From Raillietiella orientalis (lineage: Eukaryota), in assembly GCA_036172245.1 (NCBI GenBank), contig JAYWIR010000027.1, positions 186,001-250,000 on the forward strand: a stretch of 64,000 nucleotides of DNA, in the 5' to 3' direction. Below are positions 26,487 through 38,614 of this stretch, one piece after another (the stretch's first letter is position 1; each line of letters starts with the position of its first letter). Both the position numbers and the translations under genes were made by a program. The notes below the pieces were generated by a model. It was not told the origin of the DNA, did not search any database, and saw only the letters and a program-made list of their open reading frames with translations.

Positions 26487-29400
26487 TTAAGCAGCCCTAA
26501 AGAGGGGAGGGCCGGCATGTTAATCCGCCCTCACAGACGAGCTGGCGGAGGAGTGCGGCTCCACGAGTGAGTGCCGGTGCAGTCTTCAGCTGGAAACCAG
26601 ACTTCCGAACAGCGCATTGGAGAGTGCATTCGTCGTGCTCCAGGCGCTCGGGAGCTCCTCGAGTGCCTCAGGCACTATTCTTTTTTTTTTTCTGGGTCCA
26701 AGATTTTTCCCTTTGGCATTTCCGATTTTTCCTTCTTGTACGAACGAGTGCAGTCTTGTTGTGGCTCGACAGCCAAGTTCTTCTGGCATGAATGGTAGCT
26801 CTTCTGCGGAACGGTATCTCTCTGCCATGGCGTAAACAGCGACGGGATGCGCGTCACAGCGAATAATGGGATACGTGCAGTGGTGAGCGGTAGTCAGGAT
26901 TGCCAGTACGAGGAAGTGCAATCAGGGGGGAGTTTGGGAGGTGACAGTCGGAGTGGCATGGGAAGCTTCGGGTGGGTTCGAAATTTTCCCAATGGCTGCG
27001 AACTCAAAAGTGTTGGCGTCTTTGAGTACGAGACCAGAGCAACTTCCTGATGGGCGGGGGAAGCACCACCACACACTTCTGGAATCAGCAAGAACGAAAA
27101 TCGTCGTGTCCAGGAAAGAACTGGCTGGACCATAGTGAGAGGGCGCGCAGACGGGAGGGACCCCAAACGTTTATGTGGTTGACCCTACGGGAAGCAAGTA
27201 AGCATGGCCGTTGATAAAAGTGCACGTTGTGGTGTGTGTTTTCGGGATGTTTTCATCCTCACTATCTTCTGCATAATTATTACAGGAGTTCGAAACAGCA
27301 GCGAAACGTACTGCCAAAAAAAAAAAAAAAACGAAAAAAAATGGATCGAAAGCTGCTGCTGCTGGAGCATTTTTTCAAGCTGTTTTTGCTGAAGTGTAGT
27401 AGAGGCCACACTGATTAGAGGCACGTTGCATGCGCTGTCTAACACTGGAAAGTGGCGTCATCATATTCCGATAAGCCTTGGCTTGCTTAATCGGCAAAGC
27501 CGCATTCTCCGATGGTGTTTATCACATCGGGGACGAGTGATGGAGACAACTCGGGCAGCTGCCGGGTTCTCGTTCCATCGCTCTTTCGCAGTGGTGAGGG
27601 GCACCTTCGAGCAAGCGGAGGCAGCGCTTGGCTCTCGGGGAGAAGAGGGCCTGCCCACTTCATTCCGGCGAACAGCTGTCTCGCCTTCTCAGCTGCTTCC
27701 GAACTGTGCAGAGGTTGAATTTCTGAGCTACGGGCGGTTGTCCTTCAGCGGGCACGGGTAGCTGTGCAGCGCGAAAGGTTCCGTGGTGCTGCAAAGGCGG
27801 CGTCGGATGCGCTGTGTCGCAGGATGGCCAACGGCACAATTTGCGAGAGTCGAGAGCCGCTCTTTGAGCTCTTTTGGGTTTGTGACCGTCCAGAAGCACG
27901 CTGAGAGCAACAACACCCCCTCCCCACGCATCCCCCAGCGCGCGCAAACACCTTCTCCTTTGCTTTCGCCTGAAAATGCTTGTCGAAACCGAGCTGGCGA
28001 TTCCTGCGTATTTGCTCTTTGCAAAGAAGGGGAATGCGGAGCAGGCGGGCAGTTCCGAGTAGGGGCGTTGCGGCCTTAAAAAATCGGCTGTGGATGAGCC
28101 ATTTTTTTTTTGTTTTTACCGTTTTCTTGAGGTCTCGCACATGTCCAGTAGTTCACCTTCGAGACCGCAAGCTGCGGCTTATTTGTAAGGCGCGTAGCAT
28201 CCATCGTTCGGGAAACCTCCGGCCGCAGTGCCATCTCTCTGCCGAAAGCGCAGTCATCTGCTCTCGCTGGTTCTCGCTTTCGAGGGATGGTGCTTTCTGT
28301 CTGCGTGTCGTGCGAACCGCCGAGGAAGCAGCAGCGGCACAGGAGCTTGATCCCTCCGAGCGCAGTCGGAAGATGCTCATCATCATCATGTTTTTTTTTT
28401 TTTTTTTACTAATTACTATTCTCGTTATTCGTGTCAGCATTCTTTCCATTCTTTCTGTGTTCTTGTCGATTTCTTGCATTCCCTCCTATGGAACTTGCAG
28501 CAGTGGCGTTCCACCTTCATTGCTTTTGGGCTCGCAGACTCACCGTTGCTGAGCAGGTGGACCCTGGTTCTGGGAACTCTCCTACGTGTTTTTGCCGCTC
28601 CCGAAGTGGTGAGCGGGTTGCTGTGGCTAACGGCAGGCGTCGTCGACTTCGGCCTTCGACTGTCGCCGGTGCCTTCGTGCGTGCGATGCCCGGGCGTTGC
28701 TTCGCCACGGGCGAACTGCGCGGGCCGTGAATGGGGCCCTGTTCGCCCCGCCAAATCGTGCCATCGCATTGGTCACACCGGGCGTGCCTTCCCCGTCGAG
28801 CGCGTGCGAAAGGGAAAGCGGCAGCGAGCGAGCGCTCACGAACCTTGCGTGTCGCCGCGGATGTTTGTTCGAGTGGATGGCGGTCTGGGTCCTTCCCCCC
28901 TCCTCCTCCTCCTCCTCCCCCCCATGTCTTTCTGTTTGTTTGCCAGCCAGCCGCCGATCTTTGGAGGTCGCTGCTGTTTGTCTGTCCCCTTGCGCTGAAC
29001 GCAGTGCGGGAGTGACCTGGAGTGCCGTGCTAATACCAGTGGGCGTAGCGCGCTCGTAAACCCTTCCCCTAACTGGAGCGAGGGAGGGACCTCCGCCCAG
29101 CAGGGAGGTTCGCTGTCGAAGTTTCGCCTCCCGGGACGTCCTCACGGCGGCGGTGTCGGAGACGCAGGACGCGTCGCCGCTACCATGTCGACGGCGACGG
29201 CTCGTCGAGGTCTCCGAACCCTCGGGGCTGCGCTTGCGTGCGCGGGGACCTCCTCTGAAGTTGGGACGAGAGTTGGTTCCCGGTGCCCCCCGTAATAGAA
29301 CCGGGAGAGAAAGGAGGAAGGGAGATACGCTTTCGGCGGAGGAGGGGCGGCGGCAAGGGGGGCAAGGCGTGTACGAGGTGGTGTTGCGCGCGCGCGCGTT

Positions 29401-30224
29401 TTTCCGTGTGCAGGTGGAGGAGTAGCCGCCGCGGGCGCTTGGTCGAGGAGGCGCGCGCATGCTGCACCGCACGACCCCTCCTCGTGTGTCCTCCGCGCGC
29501 GTTCGCGTGCCGCCCCACGCGCGCACACTCACCACCTCCAAGTTCCCGTGGTTTTCCGAGTCGCCGTGCTTGCGACGAGGGGTGGACCCCTTCACGTCCC
29601 CCCCCCTGCCCCTGCACGCGTAGTGCGCCCTCCCTTCCGTGTCCTTGGTCCCGCGACAATTTCTTCGTCCGCCTTCGCCGTCGCGTCACCCTCCCCAACC
29701 GGCGTCCTCCGGCGGCGGGAAGGCGCGCGTGCATCCACCGCATCGCCGCACGCTCACACGCGCGCCTCCCGCAGTTGTGGGGGAGGGAAGCGCGGAGACG
29801 TTCCTTTTCGCTCCCTCCTCTCGTCGTCAGTCGGACTCGTCGCGTTCCTCCTCCTCCTCCTCGTCGAACCGCCGGCGAAAGCGGGCGGGCGCGCGCGCGT
29901 GACGTAGGGCGGTGGCGGCGGCGGCGGCGCTCGTGTCGCGAAAGAGCCCTGGGGCGCATGCGCCTCGTGGCAGCTCGCTCATGAGTCGTGATCCTTTCTT
30001 TCTCTTCGTGGCTGGTTGTCACTCGATCTTTCCGCGCTTCCTTCCTGCCTCCCTCCAGCCCGTCCTTCCTCTCCGCGTCGCTAGCGTCAGGAAGGCTCGA
30101 GAGGGGCAGCGTGGTCGCCACCGTTCCTTCGGCGGCCGCCTTTGCTGCTGCTGTCAGCCCTGCGAAGGTTCCAAGGCAGCAGCGTGGTCCGCTAGAAAGT
30201 GTGGCCTATCGAACGTGTCATGAG

Positions 30225-30289
30225 ATGCTGCCCGAGCCATCCGGAGTGGGGGAGAGGAAAGGGATGCGCGCCCTCCGGCGTGCCGGGCG
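30225..30289 (+). CDS. Candidate alternative first coding exon (MLPEPSGVGERKGMRALRRAGR)
   Basis: ATG to donor CG|gtgagg, phase 2; downstream of a GCGCATGCGC (NRF1/ewg-type) motif at 29954-29963. Confidence 0.3.
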
Positions 30290-30916
30290 GTGAGGAACCC
30301 CTGCTAGGTGCGCGGCCGTTAGGGCGGAAGGTGGGGAGCGAGGAGCAGGTTCTTCCGGGGACGAGGGAAGGTGGCGGCGGTAGCTGCAGCATCCTCGCGG
30401 ACCTTCGCTTCGGAGAGGCGTCTCGTCGTCGCCGTTCCGGGGAGCCAGCGGCACACCAGGAGCGGGGAGGCATCCCTCCCTCGCTCCCTCCGCCCTCCCC
30501 TCCAGTAGGCCGATCGGCGAACGTAAGAGAGCGCGCGGGCGTTGCCCGGGACGACGCACGCCGCTAACTCCAGCGCACGACTCTCTCTGCACCGCCCGGA
30601 GGGATCCGGTTGCGGGTTCCGGAGTCGGCGGGCGAGGAGGCGCGAGTGGTGGTCGTGGTTGTCTTCTGCGCTCTTGGTTTGCCCCCACCTTCCCATTCGT
30701 TCTGGCCTGCGGTCTGGCTGACCTCCGCCTCGCGCCTACGAAGCGGTCGATGGCCGCTTCATCATTTAAATTGTTGCATGTCGTTTCATCAAAATGTATC
30801 AGTACGCGTCAGTACATATTATGCGACGACGAATATGTTGGAAATATTCAGCATGTTACGTAAGAAATACATTGTTACATTGGACATTATTAATGATTCC
30901 GTAATTAAATGTATAT

Positions 30917-31245
30917 CTGCTTCTCAAACTTATTTGGTCAACCACCCCCTTTTTCAGATTAAAAAATCACCCAGCGCTCCCCTGAATCGTTCCAGAGCCC
31001 ACCAGGGGGCGGTATCGCCTACTTTGGGAAGCACTGATGTATACTCGCGTGTAACTTGCTGTTTTGTCGAAACTATTTCAAAAATTTTTTTCAAAATTTT
31101 CTCTTCTTCTCTTTTTTCTTTCACCCCTCTCCCCCTCCCACTTTTATTCAACGCCCCCCAATTGCACTTGAGGCTACTATCCCCCCCCCCCCGAATCGTT
31201 CCAGCGTCCACCAGGAGGCGGTATCGCCCACTTTGGGAAGCACCG
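30917..31245. mobile_element. hAT/Charlie-like MITE remnant with duplicated right end
   Basis: Left end ctgcttctcaaa vs right ends tttgggaagcactg (31036) and tttgggaagcaccg (31245); 8-bp flanks atgtatat / atgtatac / gtgtatat resemble a hAT target-site duplication; ~60-bp right-end segment present twice. Confidence 0.6.
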
Positions 31246-32895
31246 GTGTATATGGTTATTGTTCATGTTTTGACTTGGACATAGCCAACAAATATATCGA
31301 ATTATTTAACCAAACATATTCAAATATTTAAGTGTAAATGTGAGTGCGTCTAAGTTCAAAGTTTCGCTGTATAGCAAATATATTAATTTAATTATTATGT
31401 AAGTCCATTTGCATTCCATCTGGCTTTTTATGTAAATTGTGTCATCGAGAGGAAGTTTTCGATGTGCTTGCGTGTGCGAACACCACAAGTGCATGGCAAA
31501 TTTAAGAAGAAAACAAAATACATAGTGTTCCAAAGTGTAGTAAGGATCGGTAGCCAAGGCAACGCGAAAACGTCTTTTAGGGAGTTTCATGAAACATGTA
31601 TGGGCGTTGCGAGGTTTAGGCTTGCGGGTTTCCCGATGTTTCCCCCGGGCTCACCGGCGGCAGACGGAAGTAGAGCCACCTTGCCTCGCTCTCCGGTTCT
31701 TCCCGGCCCTGCCGACGGCGCTTCCGGGAGGAAACGGGCGCGTGGAAGTCCTGGGGGATCTCCCGCGGAGAGTCCCTGAGAATCCGCGATAGTGCGTTGC
31801 TCAGGAACTTCACGGCTCCTCCGAAGCATCTCGGCTCAACCTTCGCCTCGAACCCCAAGCAACACGAGCTCTCTCAAAGACCTCAAGCATTTCTTTTCTT
31901 CTTCTTCCTCCCCCTTCCACTCGTTTTGATTTTGGAGACCTCTCACTTCGTGTTTTCCAATTAACAGATCGAAGGTTCTACGTGGGAACGCTCCAAGCAC
32001 GAAGGTTCACGCGCTGTTCGCTCCGAGGAAGCCTCGAAGACGGCCGAGTGCAAGAACGGAGTTTCCGTCTTGCGGCCTGCCGGCTGTTCTTCTTTTTCAT
32101 AATCATAATCATCTCGTGTACCCTTTTCCTCCCTCGAGGTGGAAATCATCTCCTAGGCGCTGTCTCGCCCTTTTCACAGGGAAGACGCTCGGAATTCCGG
32201 AGGAAAAAAAAAAAAAAAAATCCTGGGAAGGAGAAACCTTTCATGCTGCAGGTGAACAGTAGAATTCCTGGGTTTCATTCATCCGCTGGAGAATCCGTGT
32301 GCCCCTGCATCAACGTGACAGCCAAGTCCTCCCTCCCTCCTCCCCCCAACCATAAGCCATTTTAAACTTCTGTTTATTCCACTTGTCTACCGTGAAAGAG
32401 CTTTTCTGTTTATTTAGGATCCCTGTATCAGATGAAACGGATTCTTTTGTTTCGCTTTTAAACTTCTCCTGCATTAACCGGAAACCTGTTGGAATTTGTT
32501 TCTCACACGGGCTCCTCCTCGTTACGAATCTTTAGTAGAGGCATCCTCAGGTTGCGAGCTGTAAAAGTAATGTTTTTGTTCTTCTTTTCCTTCCTTTTTT
32601 TTTTTTGCCCTTCCCAGCTGGTTTTATTTTACAAATGAGCGACCATGCCACTTGCGTTCTCAGCTCAGCAGTTCTTGGAATCGTTCGTAATTTCAGACTC
32701 CTTTCACGAATAAGGCAGAATTCGTTTCGTAGAACCACCCTTCCCCTCCCCAGTTCGCACCCCTCCGCTTTCTCCCCCGTTCTCATGGCACGGGTGGTCC
32801 TCTTACGGTCTTTTCGCGTTCTACACATGCAGCTCCCGTCGGAAACCTCGCTCGGATATGGCACCTGCTAACAATGCTCATTGCTCATTGTTGAC

Positions 32896-32995
32896 CCTGA
32901 TCGGCCCCCCACTGTCACTGGGGGGCCGACCAGGAAATGCCGTGCATTGTTGAGAACCCTACTGTCAGTGGGGTTCTCAACAATGCACGCATTCC
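32896..32995. repeat. Two abutting palindromes with a shared centre
   Basis: 32896-32934 and 32941-32989, both centred on actgTca(c/g)tgggg; the second is 24 pairs with one G-T. Confidence 0.92.
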
Positions 32996-35294
32996 CGCCC
33001 CGGTAGGCTAAACTTTCGTTTTCGCTTGCAGAAAGACTTTCACTGCGAGGAGAGTTGTTCCAATTACCGCGGTTTATCATTCATAATTATTTTCGGGTGA
33101 ATTCCCCGCCAGTTTGTGTTGCAATGAATTTCGCATCCTCATTAATTGCTCATTTAATCCTCATTAATTGCATTGCCCGTGCTGTGGACAGCGGTTCACG
33201 CGTGGATGTCCACGTCCTCGAAGATGAATTTATTTATTTATTTTTGGTGTTTTTTTGACTTTTTCTTTCGAAGCCCTGAAGGCCCAGCTCGTTTAATCAT
33301 AGCATGTACCACACAGTGCCTGCCGCCAAAAAGGAAATGCGTAGCTTTGGTGCGTTCATTAAAGTCATATCATCGAAGTTCCACATGATCACAGTTTATT
33401 TTACATCATTCCGTTTTCCGTTGATTTATTTTACACCAGTAATTTGAAGGTTCTGGTCAGAGGAGTCTTTTAAACAAGCTCATTCATTCTCAAGGATATC
33501 AGCGAGCCTGAAAGTGAGAATATAGCCGGGTTTTCTACGATTGCTAATGAGCCAATATATTTCGATTTTCTGCTGCATTTTTCATAGGCTTGGTCTGGTT
33601 ATAACACGGACTTGATGAAAAAAGGCGTAAGAGTGGTGCTGCCTTGCAGTATGTGAGTTACGCGTTCATGGAAGTAATCTTTGCTGACCTCTGTGTTCCA
33701 TTGTGACATCAGTTGTTATGCTGACATCTCGAAACGTGACAAGAAGTGGGACGTACATGTGTTTATGCTCTGATATAAAACAATTCTGCCAATTTCACGT
33801 GTGTCTAGTTCACTCGTTTCCTACAAGAGGACTCCGACAAGCCGTTTCCCTCCATTGATTTTATGCGAATTTTTTTTATTAAATCGCCCAAGTCTATGCA
33901 GGCTTTGTATTTTCTTTTTTTATCCTACTTCTTCTTTGAGGTTTTCATTATCTGTTCATCGTTGCTACTGCAGTTTTTCAATGCTGTGATACCCGACGTC
34001 TTCTTGATTGGATTGCTTTCTGACCGTCCCCCTTACGAGATGAACTCTGCATACTTGTATGCGCTAAATCACTGCGAAGATTTTTGCTTCTTTCGCAACT
34101 GCACAGCTCCTTGCAATCGTTAGGAAGTAATCTTTGGCCTGTGATCTCATGTTCTGAGCTCGCGGCATGTGAGCTCTGCGTGTTCCATGACTATGAAGAC
34201 GAAACAGGAAACAAGCACGGGAACCCTGAGCGTTTCTCTCTGTAGAGGACTTCCCCCAATGAGCCGCATCGGCGGGTGTTCCGAAAACGCATTTTGTCCA
34301 CCAGCTCATTACGCCGGGTGGCTTGGTTTCACTGGAATCCGTCCACGTGATCGAGAACACCCTGTTGCAGCGTCTCTGCTGCTTGCTTCCTCCGAGGGTG
34401 ATCAGGGGTGCAGCATGAACAGATAGATGAACGTCTTAATTAATCCGGAAATTTTCTGTGGAGTCCTCTTCAACCTCATACTTTCTTTCTTTCTTTTTTT
34501 TTAAAAAAAAATCTTTCTGACTCTGTTAGTGTTTTGATTTACGAGGACTGTGGCGTCATCTGATTTTGTGCTTAGTCGAAGGTGCAGTTTCATCACCGAA
34601 AATGTGCTGCCACGATCACAAGCGCACGCAGCAACTTGCAAATCAGCTGACTATAGGCATAGGGTGAAATAAAATGTCCAAACGGTCGGTGTCTCCGTAG
34701 TGACATTTCCGATCCCTACTTTCAAACGTTAAAATATGGCCGGTATTTTGGGAACCCCCGTAATAACTGCCTACAAAGGTAGCGACAGCGGCGAGCCAGC
34801 TCTGTCGGTAATGGTGGCCTCTGTGTCGCCTACAGTAAAGACTGGAAGGACAATTTACGAGAATGGAATTAGGATGGCAAAAGCGAACGGGATGAGCAAG
34901 AATTTTTTTTTTTGATCATCAGAAGATCATCATCATCGAACGGGAAACACTTGGGTCCTTAACGAGCAGACTTTGGAGCTGACTAAATGACTTTTGAAGG
35001 AGGAGTCCAAGCCGCTTGCAGTGATCCCAGAGAGCACGCCGGAAGACACGCATCCACCGTTCTGTCTCTGAGTCGTTACTGCGCTGATGAAGGGCCTGTA
35101 AATTAGGCGGAGATTGTCATTGATGCCGCATGCACTTCGCCAGTGTGGACGAACAGAAACCAAAATTGTGAAGGTGACAGCAAAAAGATCCGAGACGATC
35201 GATGATCGATGGTTCCAGGATCGAAGGGAAACGTTTAGGGGATTCCATAGGTTTTCTAACTCGAAACACTCGTTTGAGCGGGAGTGTCAGTTTG

Positions 35295-35420
35295 CACTGG
35301 GAAGGCTGAGCAGAAATCAGACCTTGACCTTCAGTCCTCAACTGTGCAGGCCAAGTTTTTGGCGATCCTCTGAAACACATAGTGTTGAGCGAGGTTTTTC
35401 ACCTGTTGGCGTGCCAGTTG
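35295..35420 (+). pseudogene. Possible fossil of a hAT transposase C-terminal dimerisation domain
   Basis: Frameshifted reading AKFLAI...SETHSVERGFSPVG resembles the hAT KxLxIPATSxxxERxFS motif; lies in the AT-rich trough. Weak. Confidence 0.25.
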
Positions 35421-37900
35421 TCTCCTCCCCCATGCACACACATACTGAGGCGAAATTACATAGGCAGTGACAGTCAAACTGCTGGCTGGTTGTTGCACCA
35501 AGCACGTGTATACCATGCACGATGATGCAGCACGCGTCAAAATGACCGGTAGTAGTGTGCTCGGTTTCTTCAAAACCCTGGGGCACACCCATCGACCAAG
35601 CAGTAAAACGTTCCCACCGTGCACTTGCTTGATTGCAAAGGCAAAGAACTTCTCGGTACGGTGGTTCTCCCTCATTTTGCCTGATTTCTAAAGATCGATG
35701 ACGTGTAAGCAATCCTGCTCATATTTATTTTTTTTTTCTTCCTTTTACAATTGTCCGTCTGTGTCGATTTTCCTGGATTGCGGATTGTATACACGTAGGC
35801 ATCATCCCCCGTGTCACGGTCCAACAAAGTCATCCGGAAATACCTTGGCAGAGAGGGAGCACCTGCATTGCTGCATCCAGAGACCAGCAAAGGGGTGCTC
35901 CCGTCAACAAATCTGTATGGGCGTGCGTGCAGCCTTGCTTCACAGCATCTCATCTCGATCTTCTCCTCCATCTGGCGCCTTTCCAATATCCTCCCTGTAT
36001 TTGGACGTACGGAAAGAACCCTTTCTCGTTTTCGTTCCCGATAACAGGAAACCATATCTTCCGTATGTGTTCTTTCCCCGCCTTCTTTCTATTTTTGTTG
36101 CTGTTATTATTTTTCGAGTCCGTGCAGTTGGTATTTTTTCGATATTCGTTGTTTGTGAAGGTTCTGTTTGGTATTTATGAACGTGCTCTTGTCTTTGCTC
36201 ATCTCCCGCTATGCTGGGGTCCAGGCGCTACGTGAAGGTCATTTTTTACATCATTGTCGCAGTGTTGGAGTGGCAGCATGCGTGTTTCCGTTTTGCCACT
36301 TCCCCCAACAAATAAAGTCGTTCCCCGCAGCGAGCTGCTGTTATGCCTCCATTGCCAGTACGAACGCGGAACGTGTGTACAACCAGTCGCCGCCCTCTCG
36401 CTGTTGCCCCGCAAGAGGCGATCCGAGAATCGAAACACTGGTACACCTGATTCCGTCATCTGTTGTGGTACATCGAATTTCATCCGAAAGTTGATGGATG
36501 CTATCCGGTTCACCAGACAAAGCGTACAAAGGGAAGAAAGCGGAATGCATGTTTACGTGTCACGTGGTAATGCCTTGTGGAGTTTTTTAAAACCCTTTAT
36601 CGAGTCTGCGATGTGGAATGGTGCATCCCAGATGCCTATTTACATCAGAAACTGTGTTTGCAAGAAGCGTGTGTCGAGCGCCCAGCTGAAGGTTAACGCG
36701 TGTGTGCAGCGATTCCGCACGGGAACGCAGGGCTGACCTAGCAAGCGGAATGCGTGCTCGCTTCGTGTCTTCGTGCAGCGCCATGGCAACGGTCGCTAAT
36801 GTTACGTACGTCCGCACAACAATGCGTGCGATGACGCGTCGCAGATTAGCCTATTCCTCCTTTGTTAGCCTTCGCACTGCTTTCCTCCTCCTTTTTCCCG
36901 AGATTTCAGAGGTCGGGAGCCTGCCTTCGGAACTTTTTTAACTCGATGTTCAAGCTGGGGAGTACATCGCAGCTCGTCACACGAGTGAACGTATCGCAGA
37001 ACGAGGAAAAAAAAAACGAACAGACCTTTGGGGGATCTGCCTGTGTGACAAAAGCGCACGCTCATCCCTGCGGATTTTCCTTTTGGGTTCTTCTGTAATT
37101 TGAGCTTGCGTTTTGAACAAATCGGATAGCCTTTCGGGAGGAAAATGAGATGATACAGTTTTTCTTTTTTGTTTTGTTTCTTCCTCTTTCGAGCTATCGA
37201 GATCCTCGCCGAACTTCCCGTTGTTGTTTCTAGCTCTTGTCTAGGGAGCCGATTTCCAGATTCCCTATTTCGGATATGATTTCTTTCTTTTTTTGCGTCC
37301 GCACGGAGACGCATCTGCCCGTGCTGAAGTGTTCTCGTGCCGCTGTGGTCTCAGCCGACTCTTTTTCAACGCTTCTGCGCGAAGGGCAGATGCGCGCCGC
37401 TGTGATTTCGGGTAAAATCATATCGCTGTGGGAACCTCATTTCTGTGTCTGATCGGTGTCTGTCTGGTCTCCTTGCTCATGATTGGGATGTCCATAACAT
37501 CGTCTTTGACCCATTGGTTCCAACGTGTTCGGACCTCTCCCGAAGCCCCATTGTGCCATCCTTTTCCTCCCCGCGCGTCTTCTGCCTGCTCTTGGCGGGA
37601 GCGGAAGATTCTATTGGCCACAGCTCTGCCGCTGCTGCCATTAGAGAGAATCATGTGGTGCAGTGCCTTTGTTTTCCCGAAGAGTGGAGTGCAATCGTCA
37701 TCGACGCACTTTCCAGAAAATTCCGAGGATTGAACGTTACTGCCCCCTTCCGGGAGCGTCCGGAAGATTGTGGAACGTTCCATCGAACGGTCAATGCAGA
37801 GGCAAAATGGGCGAAGAGGGTGGCGAAGGGGCGCGGAAGCGCGGAAACACTCATCGCAGCGCGTCCTGCACGGCCTCTCTTCTCACTCTTCTTGTTCCAG

Positions 37901-38614
37901 GACGTCTGACTGTGGCGGTGTCGCCCCCAAAAATGTGGATCGCCGTGACTCCAACCGGTTGCAGTCGGCATATCGCCTGTTGCGTTCCTTGCGCCAGAGC
38001 CTGTCCCACCCTCCACAGGGACCCTTCGATCGGGACAGCTCGCGCTACAAGAGCGAGGGGAAGTCCTCCCGGTCACGACGGACAGGCAAGGGAGACGGAC
38101 GCCAGCACAGGGAGACCGAAAGGAGCCATAGTTTCCATGGCCGACGTCGCTTTTCCCTGAGCGCCGACGTCAGCTCTGCTGTGTCCGGAAGTAGCTCCCC
38201 CGACGCAAGCGCCATCTACGCAAACGTGGAGACGGCGGCGGGCATGCTCGCCGAAAGACCAGACATCCACCCGGCGTCCCAGATGCTTCCCGAAGGGTCA
38301 GGCCTGGAAGCCGACCGCCTGGATCCCTCCTGCCTCTGTCCCCCTTCGCCACCGTCGACGCCGCCGGGGCTCGAGAAGGCGTCGCGGCACAAGCGTTCGT
38401 TCCGTCAGCTGACCAAGGACTCCGGCTACGAGACCAACTACGCGGACTACGACTATCCCGGTGCGCGCGCGACCCGAGGCGACGCGGAGGCCGCCCTCAG
38501 TAGCGCCGAGCTCTTCCAGTCTGCTTCTTCCTCGGACGCGACCTCCGACGGCGCCGTGGACTCCGTTCCCACGCTCGTGCGCACCTACTGCAACCTCCAG
38601 GAAGAACCCTCGAG
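37901..38614 (+). CDS. Shroom: Shroom common internal exon (Ser/Arg-rich; IYANV and LTKDSGYET motifs)
   Basis: Acceptor tctcactcttcttgttccag|G, donor AG|gtaagc; lies in ORF 37770-38618; phase 2 to 2, in frame with 47577. Confidence 0.8.
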
